This document shows, one piece after another, positions 29,022 to 41,578 of a stretch of DNA of 64,000 bases. A program made the position numbers and the translations under genes. The stretch covers positions 88,474,001 to 88,538,000 of the forward strand of contig OZ024746.1 in assembly GCA_964016885.1 (NCBI GenBank), in the 5' to 3' direction. The DNA is from Eledone cirrhosa (Eukaryota). A model generated the notes under the pieces. That model was not told the origin of the DNA, did not search any database, and saw only the letters and a list, made by a program, of their open reading frames with translations. The stretch's first letter is position 1. Every line of letters begins with the position of its first letter.

Positions 29022-29577
29022 TACATAAAACAATTGTCTCTACTTTTGGCACAAGGCCAGCAATTACCCAGTACATTACTGGTACTTTATTTTATCGACC
29101 TCCTTGTAAGGATGAAAGGCAAAGTTAACCTCGACGGGATTAGAACTCAGACCGTAAAGGGACGTAACTATACTTGGAAGCATGGCGTCCGACCCTCTAC
29201 CGATACTGTCAATCGACCGCCCTACATAAAATAATTGTTTCTACGTTTCGTCCGAGGCCAGCAATTACCCAGTACATTACTGGTACTTTATTTTATCGAC
29301 CCTATAAGAATGAAAGGCAAAGTTAACCTCGGCGGGATTTGAAGACAGAATGGCAAGGGCCGTAACTCTATACGTCAAAGCATGGCGCCCGACCCTCTGC
29401 AGATACTGCCAATCCGCATAAAATAATTGTTTCTCCTATTGGCACAAGGCCAGCAATTATCCCAGTACATTACTGGTACTTTATTTTATCAACCCCGTAA
29501 TGATGAAAGGCAAAGTTAACCTCGGCGAGATTTGAACACAGAATGGCAAGGGCCGTAACTTTATGCGTCAAAATAAT
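29022..29577 (-). mobile_element. Three head-to-tail SINEs (variants A, B, truncated B)
   Basis: Family consensus; units separated by repeated (TA)CATAAAATAAT. Confidence 0.92.
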
Positions 29578-31954
29578 GAAATATATCAAGAGGCAAGTAT
29601 ATTACAGTATCCCCGGCGTCGAAGATGCTACTTTTTCCCTAAAATAAGTTTTAAAAAACTACTATGCGTCCTGGAAGCTGAATGATGTTTATTATTTTTT
29701 CTCAATTTCTGCTTGTCAAATTGCGTATTTTTCATGGATTTATGAATGATTTTCCGAGAGACACTAAAACTTTCCAGTATGTTCATCACTCCCTTTTCAA
29801 CAAAAGCTGTGTATCTACCTTTGACAATGTTTTATGTAAGTAATTCATTCTCCCACTATTTAAATTATCAGCATTCATAGACAGTCCTTTAGCTTCTACG
29901 GGAATTAAATTATTTAAATTACACATTATTGTAAAATTTACACGATAAAATATAGAGCATATTTACTCTATCTCACCAAGTTATGCTCTATAACACCTTC
30001 GATTTAATTCTTATGCGTATCAGCGTGTGGCCTTAAACGTTTTGGTTCATCACTTCTTAAGTTATATATTACTCTCGAATTTATTTTCTTAGTTTACTTG
30101 GGAACACGAAGCTACAATTATCATCTATAGAATCTGTTGTACGTGCGTTTTTCACCTGATAAATCCCATAAGAATTTTCAGGTTGTAAATGTTGAAAACG
30201 AATACCTGATTTAATTAGAATACTACGAGAAATAAAAGGAATTGAAGATTGCTTAATGGCAAATTTGTACAGTAAGTCTTCAAATGAATATATTAATGTT
30301 GATCCTTCATCTGTTTATAGTCCTGATATACATGAACATCCTGGAAACAATGGTGCAATATGTCAGTAATAGACTTTACAATACATATCTTTTCATATGA
30401 TTTTAACACCAATGAAACATATTTGAAACATTCCATGTATTGTGATTATATGCTATTCAGTTTAGTTTTCTAATAATGAAAAATAACAATCTGGAGCACC
30501 CCGTTTGAATTAAGATCAATAAAACACAACGTTTCATGTATCGACACAATTAGAAAATAGAAACACATTATCTGAATCGAGATTACATTTAGGAAGATCG
30601 AGGTATCGGGGATCACTTCACATACATTCTGTATAATGGAAATAACTGTGTTAAATGACGATGTCTACATGCACGTACTGATATGCCTAGAATGGAATAA
30701 AACAATATGCATTATACGTTGCGAAGCGATTAAAGAAATTAAACATCGATCGTCTGTTATGGGATTTATCTAAGAAAGAAAAGCAAATTTAGTTAAGGAG
30801 TTGGTGGTGGAAATCTGTATTCAGAAAATAATGATTTCAGTATAAAACAATGATAAATAATTTGAAATAGAAGCATTTAACCGCCAAATATTGAGGGATT
30901 TATTTTCCGCTGAGATAGTAATATATAGGAAAACGTCTGATCATTGGTCTATATTGTGTGTGTATCAGATGTTATGTATTTAACAGATATTCAATCACAC
31001 TGGCACACATACATACAGTATTTATTTTCTCTTTTGCAATACAGAATTGTACTGATCTAAATTGAAACTAAATCCATGCGCTTAACTAGATTCAAACAGT
31101 ACATATTCTTCATACACTCGTGTGTTATATAGCTTCATACAGAGTTCTAGCTAAAACATGTTACCAGCCATAAATTTATTCAAGTCACGTCCATTATATT
31201 ATTTTGAAAACATTGTTTATTTTTCCTTTATGAGAATAGGGCCTGCTCTTATATCTAGCATTATGTATTATTGTGTACCGGATCCTTTCTTTTCTCGGAG
31301 GCATGTCATGTTCATAACTCTTTCAAAATAATACGCATGAAACTTCTCTGAAACTAAATATATGTATAATAAAATTAAATTTATCTTCAAATCATAATTA
31401 ATTGTCTACACTCAACGATGCATACTAAGTCAGTCTAAAACGATATGGTGGTAAGATGTAATGCCTCGGATACTATGTCTACTCAATACTCGAAAATATA
31501 AACCAACTGAGCAACAATGGATTTGGTGAACATTATGTTAGTTTATCGTGATAAACCTCATCATATTTTGTTCGCGTAAACCTCGCAAAAGCTAGTCAAC
31601 TGCGGTCGTTGTACTACCTGTTGCTTTGAGGGTGAAAGTGTTACACATCATACGATCTCAACTTTCCACATTCTTTCGTTCCATTTCCATATTTCTTCAT
31701 TGTAGCAAAGATTTATTTCTTCAGAATGCTTATTTAAATAAACTTCACATGAAACATTAATTACACGGGATAATGAGCTAATATATTTTTTCCTTACACA
31801 AATCAATTTTAATTATCGATATTTCATCTCCCAGCTTTGTTCTAATGAAATTATTACGTGATATAAAATAGCAGTTTCATGTTTTCTTTTTCATTAGATA
31901 TTAAAACACCGTCAGACATTCTGATATTGATCTGACTAATTTTATATTTTATAA

Positions 31955-32011
31955 CACAACAACAACATCAACATTAATAACAATAATAATAAATATAATA
32001 ACAATAATAAC

Positions 32012-32042
<31 letters not shown>

Positions 32043-32057
32043 TTAATAATAATAATA
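31955..32057. repeat. (AAT)n/(AAC)n microsatellite, target of the downstream element
   Basis: Directly visible. Confidence 0.95.
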
Positions 32058-33450
32058 ATGGAATTGAATGCAAGGAATAGGATCGATGCCATAAACACGC
32101 TTGCCATACCAGTAGTAACCTACAGTTACAATGTCATCAACTGGTCAAGCACAGAGATCCGTAGGCTCGATACAAAAATTCGAAAATTCTTAACCATGCA
32201 CAGAATGCATCACCCTAAGGCAGATATAGATATAATATATCTCCCTAGGAAAGAAGGAGGACGTGGGTTAATCCAGTTAGACATTGCGTTGAAAACTGCA
32301 ACAATTGGATTATCTACATATCTAAGGGTATCACATGATTGGATGATCAAACTCGTTTTGAAACACGAAGGCATCAAAAGATCATATTCCATTACAAAAG
32401 ATGCACAAAGATACAGTAATGGACTACAAATTTCAGAAGTCCCATTTACTGCTGAAATGGAAAACACAGAAAAAGCAAAGCAGGTAAAAGTAACTGCAAA
32501 GAAAGAACTGCTACAGAAACTGGCTAAGAAATGGCAAGAAAAGCCTCTGTATGGAAAATACCCAGAGCGAGCTAACAATCCTGATGTTGACAAAACTTTA
32601 ACCCATCAGTGGTTGGCATCCCCTGGACTGAAATCGGAGACTGAAGGACTGATTACATCAGCACAAGATCAGTGTCTGCCAACAAAAAATTACCAAGCCA
32701 ACATAATAAAAAATGGATGCAGCCCATTATGCCGTGTATGCAAAAAACAACCAGAGACCATTGACCATATAATTTCAATGTGCATTCCTATAGCTCCAAC
32801 CGAATACCTAAACAGGCATGACAGAGCTGCACAATACATACATTGGATAATGTGTAAGCATTTTGACCTGCCCCATCAAAAGAATTGGTGGGAGCATCAA
32901 CCACCTCCCATACTTGAAAAAGATCACATCTCAATCTTGTGGAACTTTAGCATCCAAACAGACCGAAAAATAGATGCAAATAGACCTGATATAATATTGA
33001 AGGACTTTCAAAAGAGGGTATGCCTGCTAATTGATATGTCTGTTCCAATAAACAAGAATGTATCTATAAAAACATTTGAAAAACTGAGCAAGTATAAGGA
33101 CCTGGAGATAGAAATTGGAAAAATGTGGAAATTGAGAACTAAAACAATACCAGTGATTGTAGGCGCTCTGGGAATGATACCTAAGGGGTCTAATGATTAC
33201 TTATCGCAAATCCCAGGAAACCCGCGTATAGGAGAAATACAAAAGATAGTAGTAATGGGAACTGCCCATATACTAAGGAAGATTCTGTCAATATAAGTAC
33301 ATCACAAGTCTAAACACTAAAGATGCATGTGTGAACATGTATGTTCTTTCTTGAACATGGCGGACCTTGTCTCTTGAGGTCACTGGTTGTGACTTGGTGA
33401 TAACTCGTATGAACATAAAGCAAGATAAATGCAACTGTAATAATAATAAT
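32058..33450 (+). mobile_element. 5'-truncated R4/Dong-clade non-LTR retrotransposon; uninterrupted 412-aa frame (thumb, CCHC knuckle, restriction-like endonuclease)
   Basis: AINTLAIPVVTYS, YLPRKEGGRGL, CRVC...ETIDHIISMC, RHD, RPDIILKD...LIDMSVP...KLSKY, IPVIVGALG. Flanked on both sides by (AAT)n, the known Dong-type target. Confidence 0.93.
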
Positions 33451-33550
33451 AAAACTAAGTCAGACATTCAGACACTACATTACAATGAAACTTATGCTTA
33501 TTCATTTTGGGGGTTTTTTTTGCCTGTTTGTTTGTTTATTTATGTTCGTC

Positions 33551-36500
33551 TACAGCGTGATAATGCCACACGAAAATCACGTGGAGTGACGAAACCACCG
33601 TAGGTGATGAATTCACTGGTGGTTATGTAACCATACATTCGCCAATCCTCGATAAGAGTGTTTAAATGTCGAACTTAAACAGTTCGAATAACGGTGAAAT
33701 GGAGAAAAGAATGTCATGTGGCAGACTCTCACCCAACAGGTGCTCCTTGGCTCAGCAGCAGGGACCTGGCTGTCAACCAAATACTGCTGGTGTCGGAGGA
33801 AGAAGAAGAAGGAAAGGGACCAGAACCAACTGGACGAAAGAATTGAATAGAACTGTTATGCAATGTTACCTGAAGAGTAACCCCAAGGAGAAAGGCTATA
33901 GGAAACGGATGCATAACATCTGGAACGAGATTGGTCTAATTAAATTAGATGAACAAACATTGGCCGGGCAGGCTCGAGTAATAAGAACTAATTCGGTGGA
34001 TAAGAGAGCTGGAACTGGAGGAACTGAGCAGAGAGATTAGCTTGGAGATGGAGGGTGGAGTAAGCCAGGCAAACGAGCCAGTGGGAAATGAAGGTGAAGA
34101 GGTCAAGAGAACGGAGGAACCACCCGAAGCAGACAACGATCTGAATGCTGAGATAAATAATACCTGGAACAGAGATACGGCCACTGAGGAGATGAATGCT
34201 GACGGGCTAGGACAAGATTTGGTTGATATCCTAAACTTAGTGGTAGATGAATTGAACAATGATAGTGGGAGACCTATGAACCTAAGATGTGTAGACAGGA
34301 AAAAGTTAAAAGAAACAACAGCTAAGGTAAACAAAGTCATCCCATACCTTGAGGCGAGGAGCCTTCACCAGTGCAACAATATCCTCAAAGCAACAGCAAA
34401 TACGGTGAGGAAACTACTTGGTATAAAAGCGAGAGGAAACAACAGACAAGAAAGAGCAGAGCCTTGGTGGAAGAAACGACGGAGTGGTCAAATCAGGGAA
34501 ATGAGAAATGACATTGGAAAGCTTGAGTTCCTACTGAATAGGACACTAAAAAACATAGGTACTAAAAATAGACTGGAAATAAAGTACAAAACTAGGAGGA
34601 AAAAGCTAAATATTATCATAGAGGAACTGAAGAAACGCATTGTAGCAAAGAGTGCAAAAATCAGGCGATACGAGAACAGAGTCAGTCAGTATAGCCATAA
34701 CCGCATGTTCGACAACAACCAGAAGATGCTGTTTGGACAGCTTGAAGGGAAGGAAAGAGGCAACGACTCGATCCCTGAGGCGGAACAAACTAAAACATTC
34801 TGGAGAGGAATATGGGAGCAGGATGTTAAACATAATGACCAGGCAGTGTGGATTGAGACAGTACAGAAGGAGATTAGTGAACAGGCACACCAACAAACTG
34901 ATTTGATTATCACAGTTGAAACTCTTCAGGGGCAGGCCAAAAAACTAACCAACTGGAAATCACCAGGCCCAGATGGTGTGCAGGGGTATTGGATTAAAAA
35001 TATAACATCTCTCCACCCGAAACTGACAACCATGTTCAATGACTGCTTGATGTCAGGTGAGGTACCAGAGTGGTTGACAAAAGGTACCACAGTTCTGATA
35101 ATGCAAGACCGAATCAAGGGTAATGATGTTACCAACTATAGACCTATCACATGTCTGTCCGTAATGTGGAAACTGTTGACAAGCATTATGTCTGAGGAAA
35201 TCTACCATCACCTCCACACAATCAACTTGTTACCGGACGAACAGAAAGGATGCCGAAAGAAGTCACGTGGTACAAAGGACCAGTTACTTATTGATAAGAT
35301 GGTCATGAGGAATTGCAAGAGGAGACACACTGGTCTTGCCATGGGATGGATAGACTACAAAAAGGCATTTGACATGGTGCCTCATTCTTGGATCACCAAA
35401 AGCCTGGAGATCTTCAAGGTGGCGGATTACATGAGACAGTTGTTGGGCAAAAGTATGAAGTCCTGGGAAACAGTGTTAACATCAACTGGAGAATCCTTGG
35501 GAAGCGTGAAGATCAAGAGAGGTATCTTTCAGGGAGATAGTCTGTCCCCTCTGTTGTTTGTCCTTGCCCTGATGCCCCTGACCATTATACTGCGAAAAGT
35601 GAGAGCAGGATACAGGTTGGGAAAGGGAGGGCTTACCATCAATCACCTCCTCTTCATGGAAGATCTTAAGCTCTTCGGGAAGAGTGAGAAGGAGTTGGAT
35701 GTGCTTGTTGACACTGTCCGTATTTTCAGCAATGATATATGTATGCAATTTGGTATTAGTAAGTGTAGAGTCATTGTGATGAAGATGGGTAAGTTGAGCA
35801 GAAGTAACGGAATCCAGGTACCAACAGGTGAGATGATAAAGGAAATTGACTCTGAAGAAGGATATAAGTATTTGGGCGTTCTGGAGGCTGATGACATCAA
35901 GAACAAAAAATGAAGGAATTGATAAGAACTGAATACAATCGGAGAATAAGGAGCGTATTAAAGTCACATCTGAACAGTAGGAATGCCATAAGTGCAGTAA
36001 ATTCCCGAGCTGTCTCTATTATTAGGTACAGTGCGTGAATTCTGAAATGGAATGTTGCTGAACATAAAGAAATGAATAGGAAGACTAGGAAGCCATTGAC
36101 TATCTACAACATGTTCCACAAGAGGAGTAATATCGATAGATTCTACTTAAAAAGATCTGAAGGGAGAAGAGGTCTTAACAGCATAGAGGACTGTGTTCAG
36201 ATGGAGTAAAACAAGCTGCACAAATACGTGACTGACAGTAGGGAGGCAATGCTCAAAATTGTACTGAAGTAGAAGACAATAGGCCAGGGGATGTCCAAGG
36301 AGGAAATAACAACAAGGAGGAAGAAAGAGCTCCATGAAAAATCCCTTTAAAACACCTTCTTTAAGAAAACTGAATTTAGAGATCCACAGACATGGAACTG
36401 GTTAAAAAGAGGAGACCTTAAAAAGGTTACAGAAGGAATGCTAATGGCTGCGCAAGAGCAGGCCCTCAGAACGAAGTGGGTGAAACACCATATTTACAAG

Positions 36501-37186
36501 GATGTGGCTAGCCCACTGTGTAGGATCTATGAAGAGAGAGAGCAGACTGTAGCTCACATTGTATCCGAGTGTAAACACCCAGCCCAGACTCACTATAAAG
36601 GCTGGAGACATGATATGATGGGCAGGGTGATCCACTGGCACCTATGCAAAGTAAACAATTTACCACATTCTGAGAAGTGGTATGAGAATAAGCCAGAGGC
36701 GGTGATAGAAAACGATCAGGTGAAGGTGCTGTGGGATATTAGGATACAGACGGACAAGAAACTGGAACACAATAGACCTGACCTGGTGGTTGTGGACAAA
36801 GAAAAAAGATCGTGCCTGATTGTGGATGTGGCCTGACCATTTGACACGAGAGTGCAAGAAAAAGAGAGGGAGAAAATTAACCGATACCAGGATTTAAACT
36901 GGGAGTTAAAAAGGATTTGGAACTACCACAAAATCAAGGTCGTCCCGATTGTCATAGGCGCACTAGGTACTATCTCAAAGAGTTTCCAAGGATGGTTAAA
37001 GAAGATTAGTCCAGCCCCGCTTTCTGGAACACTTCAAAAGTCATGCTTGCTGGGAACAGCAATAACCCTCCGATACGTACTGAATCTCTGAGGCTGCAGG
37101 TAGCGTAATGATATTCATTTCAACAAACTTTCCAGTTAAATAACATCAATGACTGAGACTCAAAGAACAATAATAATAACAATAAT
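33551..37186 (+). mobile_element. Near full-length, inactivated R4/Dong-clade retrotransposon of a second family
   Basis: N-terminal WTKELN..VMQCYLKS.P..GYRKRM, RT in 34042-35913, RLE in 36438-37091 (RHD, NRPDLVVVDK, VVPIVIGALG). Several frameshifts and stops. (AAT)n tail. Confidence 0.93.
34042..35913 (+). pseudogene. Reverse transcriptase segment of the Dong-like element
   Basis: KSPGPDG, NYRPITCL, EQKGCRK, WIDYKKAFDMVPH, GIFQGDSLSPLLF, YKYLG. The catalytic motif reads FMED rather than F/YMDD, and the frame ends in an A-run. Confidence 0.93.
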
Positions 37187-37447
37187 GATTTCATGTATTA
37201 GCCACAAGGGCCGACATGTAGGGGACAATACAAAGACAGGGACAGTGGGGGTTTACAATAAGGTCAAGTAAAAGTGCACAAAGGCAACACTAATTTAACA
37301 ATGGAGATATACAAATAAAAAATAAATTATGCATCAGTATAACAAAATAAATTCCCCTATATGGTTGGACGACCCAGAGGTGACTCAGGTACTCCACCAG
37401 TACTGAACCACCCTGCGCTTCTAGGGCACCCAGGGAGAGCACGCCTA
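37187..37447 (-). mobile_element. Probable 3' end of another LINE, tail-to-tail with the Dong-like element
   Basis: Minus strand ends TGTCCCTGTCTTTGTATTGTCCCC...GGCCCTTGTGGCTAATACATGAAATC(ATT)n and is bounded by AAT-rich tracts. No protein motif recovered. Confidence 0.5.
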
Positions 37448-37679
37448 TAATAATAACAACTAAAATAATAATAAAAATAATAAGTATTCTTATTATTATC
37501 ATTATTTTTATTCATATTATTAGTAGTAGTTGTAGTAGCAACAGCAGCAGCAGCGCTGGATATACAACATGTCGAAGGGTCTTTAGAACCTGGTGGACTC
37601 CATCTCCACGCGAAATCTGAACAGAGCATTTTCCTTCTAGAGTTGGATAGAAAGTGAAAAAAAATAGAGGAAGAATTGA

Positions 37680-37821
37680 CCCAAGTAACCAAGGTCTACT
37701 TTTATATCAACCTCGAATGGATAAAAGGCAAAGTTGATTCTGGTGGGCTTTGAACTCAGAGAGCACTGAACCGCAAATCCTTCTATCTGCCGAAGTAAAA
37801 ATTCCGCCAATTCGTCGCCTT
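37680..37821 (-). mobile_element. Old diverged relative of the main SINE
   Basis: TTTTATATCAACCTCGAATGGATAAAAGGCAAAGTTGA...TTTGAACTCAGA...GCCAATTCGTCGCC. Confidence 0.7.
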
Positions 37822-38463
37822 GTAAGATCAGATACATACCTGGAATATCTTTATTAATATATCTAGTTAGACCTTTGAGGATTCCTAAATACAGCTCATT
37901 TGATATATGCTATAATTCTGGCATAAGATTTGAATTTTTAAGGCGATCGCATGTCTATCTATACACAGACCTAGCTGTTTCGTAGGACAGGAAAAAATCG
38001 ATACAATCGACCGACCATGTGGTCAGTATTTATTTTATACAATTCGGAACGATGACGGTTTAACTTATCATGATTAATATTCGAATTTAAAATCTAAAGT
38101 CCATAATTTATTGTCAGCGATACATATCGATACATATTCGTACATTGAGTGTGATTTGTTGCTATATTATTATTTTGATGAAATTTAAAATGGATTTGAT
38201 CGTAAAATGAATTCGAAATAAATTCAACCAGAGCTTCAAACAGCAACCTAAACTTAGTTTATTGGAAATTTACTTCCCGCTCTACGTCGTTTAAATTTTA
38301 AATAATAAAATATTGCCAATAATTTATCGTGAATTGTCTTGAGTAAAATCATTTTGGGATTTTCAAAAAAAAATTAAAAAATATATATAAATATATATAT
38401 ATATATTGAATACACAAGAATCAAAGTTATAGTATAGTATATACATAGCTATAAATAGTATCT

Positions 38464-38533
<70 letters not shown>

Positions 38534-39337
38534 GTGTGTATGTATGTGTGTGTGTGTGTACATGTATATATATATATAATAAAATAAAAAGGTTTTATTT
38601 TGCATCTCTCTTTTTCTTTTCATTCGTGACTTCCGATGACGAATTATAAATTTGCTCTAAGAGGGGCATTGGTATCTTTAGAGTATATTCATCAAATATC
38701 ATTCAGCTGTTGTTTTGAAATTGTAACTGGAGGCATCTCGTGTCGATTTATTTCAATTTAAACAAACTAAGGTAAAAAACAATCGCAAGCAAATATTAAA
38801 GAATAGAAATGTAAATGATGCAGGAAAAATTTTCGTATATAAATTTTGTTTTTATATATTCATGATATATATTTATAATAATGCATTTTAGTTTTCAGAT
38901 ACATTTCAAACGAAAGGAAAAAATAATTCATAGATGTTCTGACCAAAGGCATAACATTTAAACTATTCTTAATAGCACTGGTTATACTGATGTAAAATCT
39001 GAATACGATCGATGCACATGCGGATCAGTAGTCTTCCTTCATTTTAACTCTGCCTTCTAAACCTCGAAATATTAAGTTAAACAACTGCTAAAATATAACA
39101 CCATATTATTTTAAAACATATGCTCTTTGCTTTAATTTGTTACAAGAATTAAATGTTGTTATATTTCTAGGAATAATATTCATATCGGCCGATAATCAAA
39201 TTAAGATCGGTAAACATATCTTTCGTTTTTTTAAATAATGGTTGTCTAATTCCTTGTGGTTTTCATGATATATCAATATGAAATATTAGCATCTAACATT
39301 TCATTTCTGAAATCATTATTTCAGAGAAATGTGGATT

Positions 39338-39528
39338 GGCGGTGGATTGGCAGTATCGGTAGAGGGTCGGACGCCATGCTTTCCAGCATAGTTACGTCCC
39401 TTTACGATCTGAGTTCAAATGCCGCCAAGGTTGACTTTGCCTTTCATCCTTACGGGGTCGATAAAATAAAGTACCAGTAATGCACTGGGTAATTGATGGC
39501 CTTGTGCCTAAAGTAGAAACAATTATTT
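39338..39528 (+). mobile_element. Full-length SINE (variant A) with TSD
   Basis: Flanked by ATTATTT(C/A)AGAGAAATGTG on both sides. Confidence 0.93.
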
Positions 39529-40039
39529 AAGAGAAATGTGCTTCAGCTGCTGATAGGTTTTAGTAGCGTATGATCAACAGTGGCAATGATATCTATTATT
39601 CTTTCATTCATTGATTCATTCAAATTAAATCGACCAGCCACCAACAACATTTGCCAGGTGACTGTAAATGGATGGCAAATCGGAAAGCATTGAGGATCAT
39701 TAAAATTAGCGTTCGCAATCTTTTCTCAGTTCTTTTATGCTATTTTCTCTAATTCCTATTACATTGGCACTTATAATCTCACCCATATTCTCGGGGTTCC
39801 AAAGAATTAAAATTATTTCCTAGTTAAATTTCTGTCTATCATTTATTAAGAAAGTATCTTCTTATAAATACGTTATATTATCTGTTGTTAACATTCAGAA
39901 AATGTTGCTACTAATTTCAGTCAAGCTGCAAATATAGATTTTAGGGGATATTTTCAGCTGTCCAATGTAATATGTAGAACTAATGATTGCTTAATTTAAG
40001 ATTCACTTCTTTTAAAATGTTCAAATGTCTACACTTCCG

Positions 40040-40200
40040 GTTATCGCAGGGTCGGACGCACAGAGTTATGGCCCTTACCATTCTGAGTTCGAATCCCGCC
40101 GAGGTTAACTTTGCCTTTCATCCTTATAGTGTCGTTAAAATAAAGAACCAGTAATGTATAGGGTAATTGTTGGCCTTGTGCCAAAAAGTAGAAACAATTA
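40040..40200 (+). mobile_element. SINE inserted in one copy of a local duplication
   Basis: Flanks 39981-40039 and 40200-40327 match contiguous 41574-41774. Confidence 0.88.
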
Positions 40201-41039
40201 TATATATAATATCGTCTTTTATAAGTGTATCATGGATTACTTTACTGATTAGAGAAGAGAGTGTAATACAGTCTCTCTTCAATTTCTGTGCATATTGTTA
40301 ATTACGATTATATTTGATGTATCATATATAACGTTATTGTTGTGCTGTGAAATATGATTCCGATGTCACATCGTCATTGCTGCAATCTTGATAACGAAAA
40401 GTTTGTAGATATGGTAAGAAAAATCTAGAGTGTGTTTGACTGGAACATATCTGTTGGTGTTTAAGGTGTAGTTAAGTTCACATGTAAATTACCACCACAT
40501 GTCTGATTTTTCTGCATGTTTTCTCCAATATCTTCAGATCGAAGTTTACATCAAAGTAACTGGGATATGTCATGACAAATTAGATATTGGAACCATACAT
40601 GGGCCAAAACGAAAGCTTTATTTTATTTCATGTAAGGAACGTATCTTGATATATCTCTGTTGACATCTTAATCGAAACCCTATGATAGGTGTCATCTATG
40701 AAAGCCTCAATTCATTATATACGTATTGTTTCTAGCATATAGGTACGTATGACATGGAAGGTGTTTGGGTCATATATATGATATTTTGACAGCATGTCTT
40801 CTAATTAAGTGATATTTTGTTTCCTTTTCATCAATAATGTTGCTCTTTTGTTTGCGATCTAGTATGTATGTGACTTTCAAATGTTGATTTTAAATTCTTA
40901 AATGAGAAATGCGTTTGGCGCAAAATAAATAAAAAAGATTATGAAAACAATCATGATATAATAAACGGAGAAGTGCGAGACTGCGTCCTGAATATATTTG
41001 TTTATTTGGTTAGTAACATATGTCAGATTACTTTGAATA

Positions 41040-41578
41040 AATAATTGTTTCTACTTTTGACACGTGGCCAGCAATTACCCAGTACAGTACAGGTATTTTA
41101 TTTTATCGACACCGTAAGGATGAAATGCAAAGTTAACATCGGCGGGATTTGAACTCAGATGGTAAAGGGACGTAACAACGCTGGAAAGCATGTCTGACCC
41201 TCTACCAATACTGCCAATATAAATAATTGTTTCTACTTTTGGCACAAGGCCAGCAATTATCCCAGTGTATTACTGGAACTTTATTTTATCGACACCGTAA
41301 GGATGAAAGGCAAAGTTAACCTTGGCGGGATTTTAACTCAGTCCCTAAAGGGACGTAACTGTGCTGCGTCCGACTATCTACCGATACTGCCAATCCACCG
41401 CATGAATATTAGATACTAAATTTAGTAGTTGTTGATTAAGCGTAATTAATTTTATATAAAATATAATTGTTTCTACTTTAGGCACAAGGCCAGCAATTAT
41501 CCAGTACATTACTGGTACTTTATTTTATCGACCTCGTAAGGATGAAAGGCAAAGTTAACCTTGGCATAAAATATAATG
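41040..41578 (-). mobile_element. SINE cluster: tandem pair 41040-41401 and truncated copy 41462-41566
   Basis: Family consensus; the truncated copy is flanked by ATAAAATATAAT. Confidence 0.9.

Noticed and set aside
32058-37186. Dong elements as mobilisers of the SINE
   Set aside because: Tails are on opposite strands of the microsatellite (AAT versus ATT) and no shared 3' sequence was seen.
39338-39430. tRNA gene
   Set aside because: A and B boxes are present but belong to the SINE head; no cloverleaf recovered.
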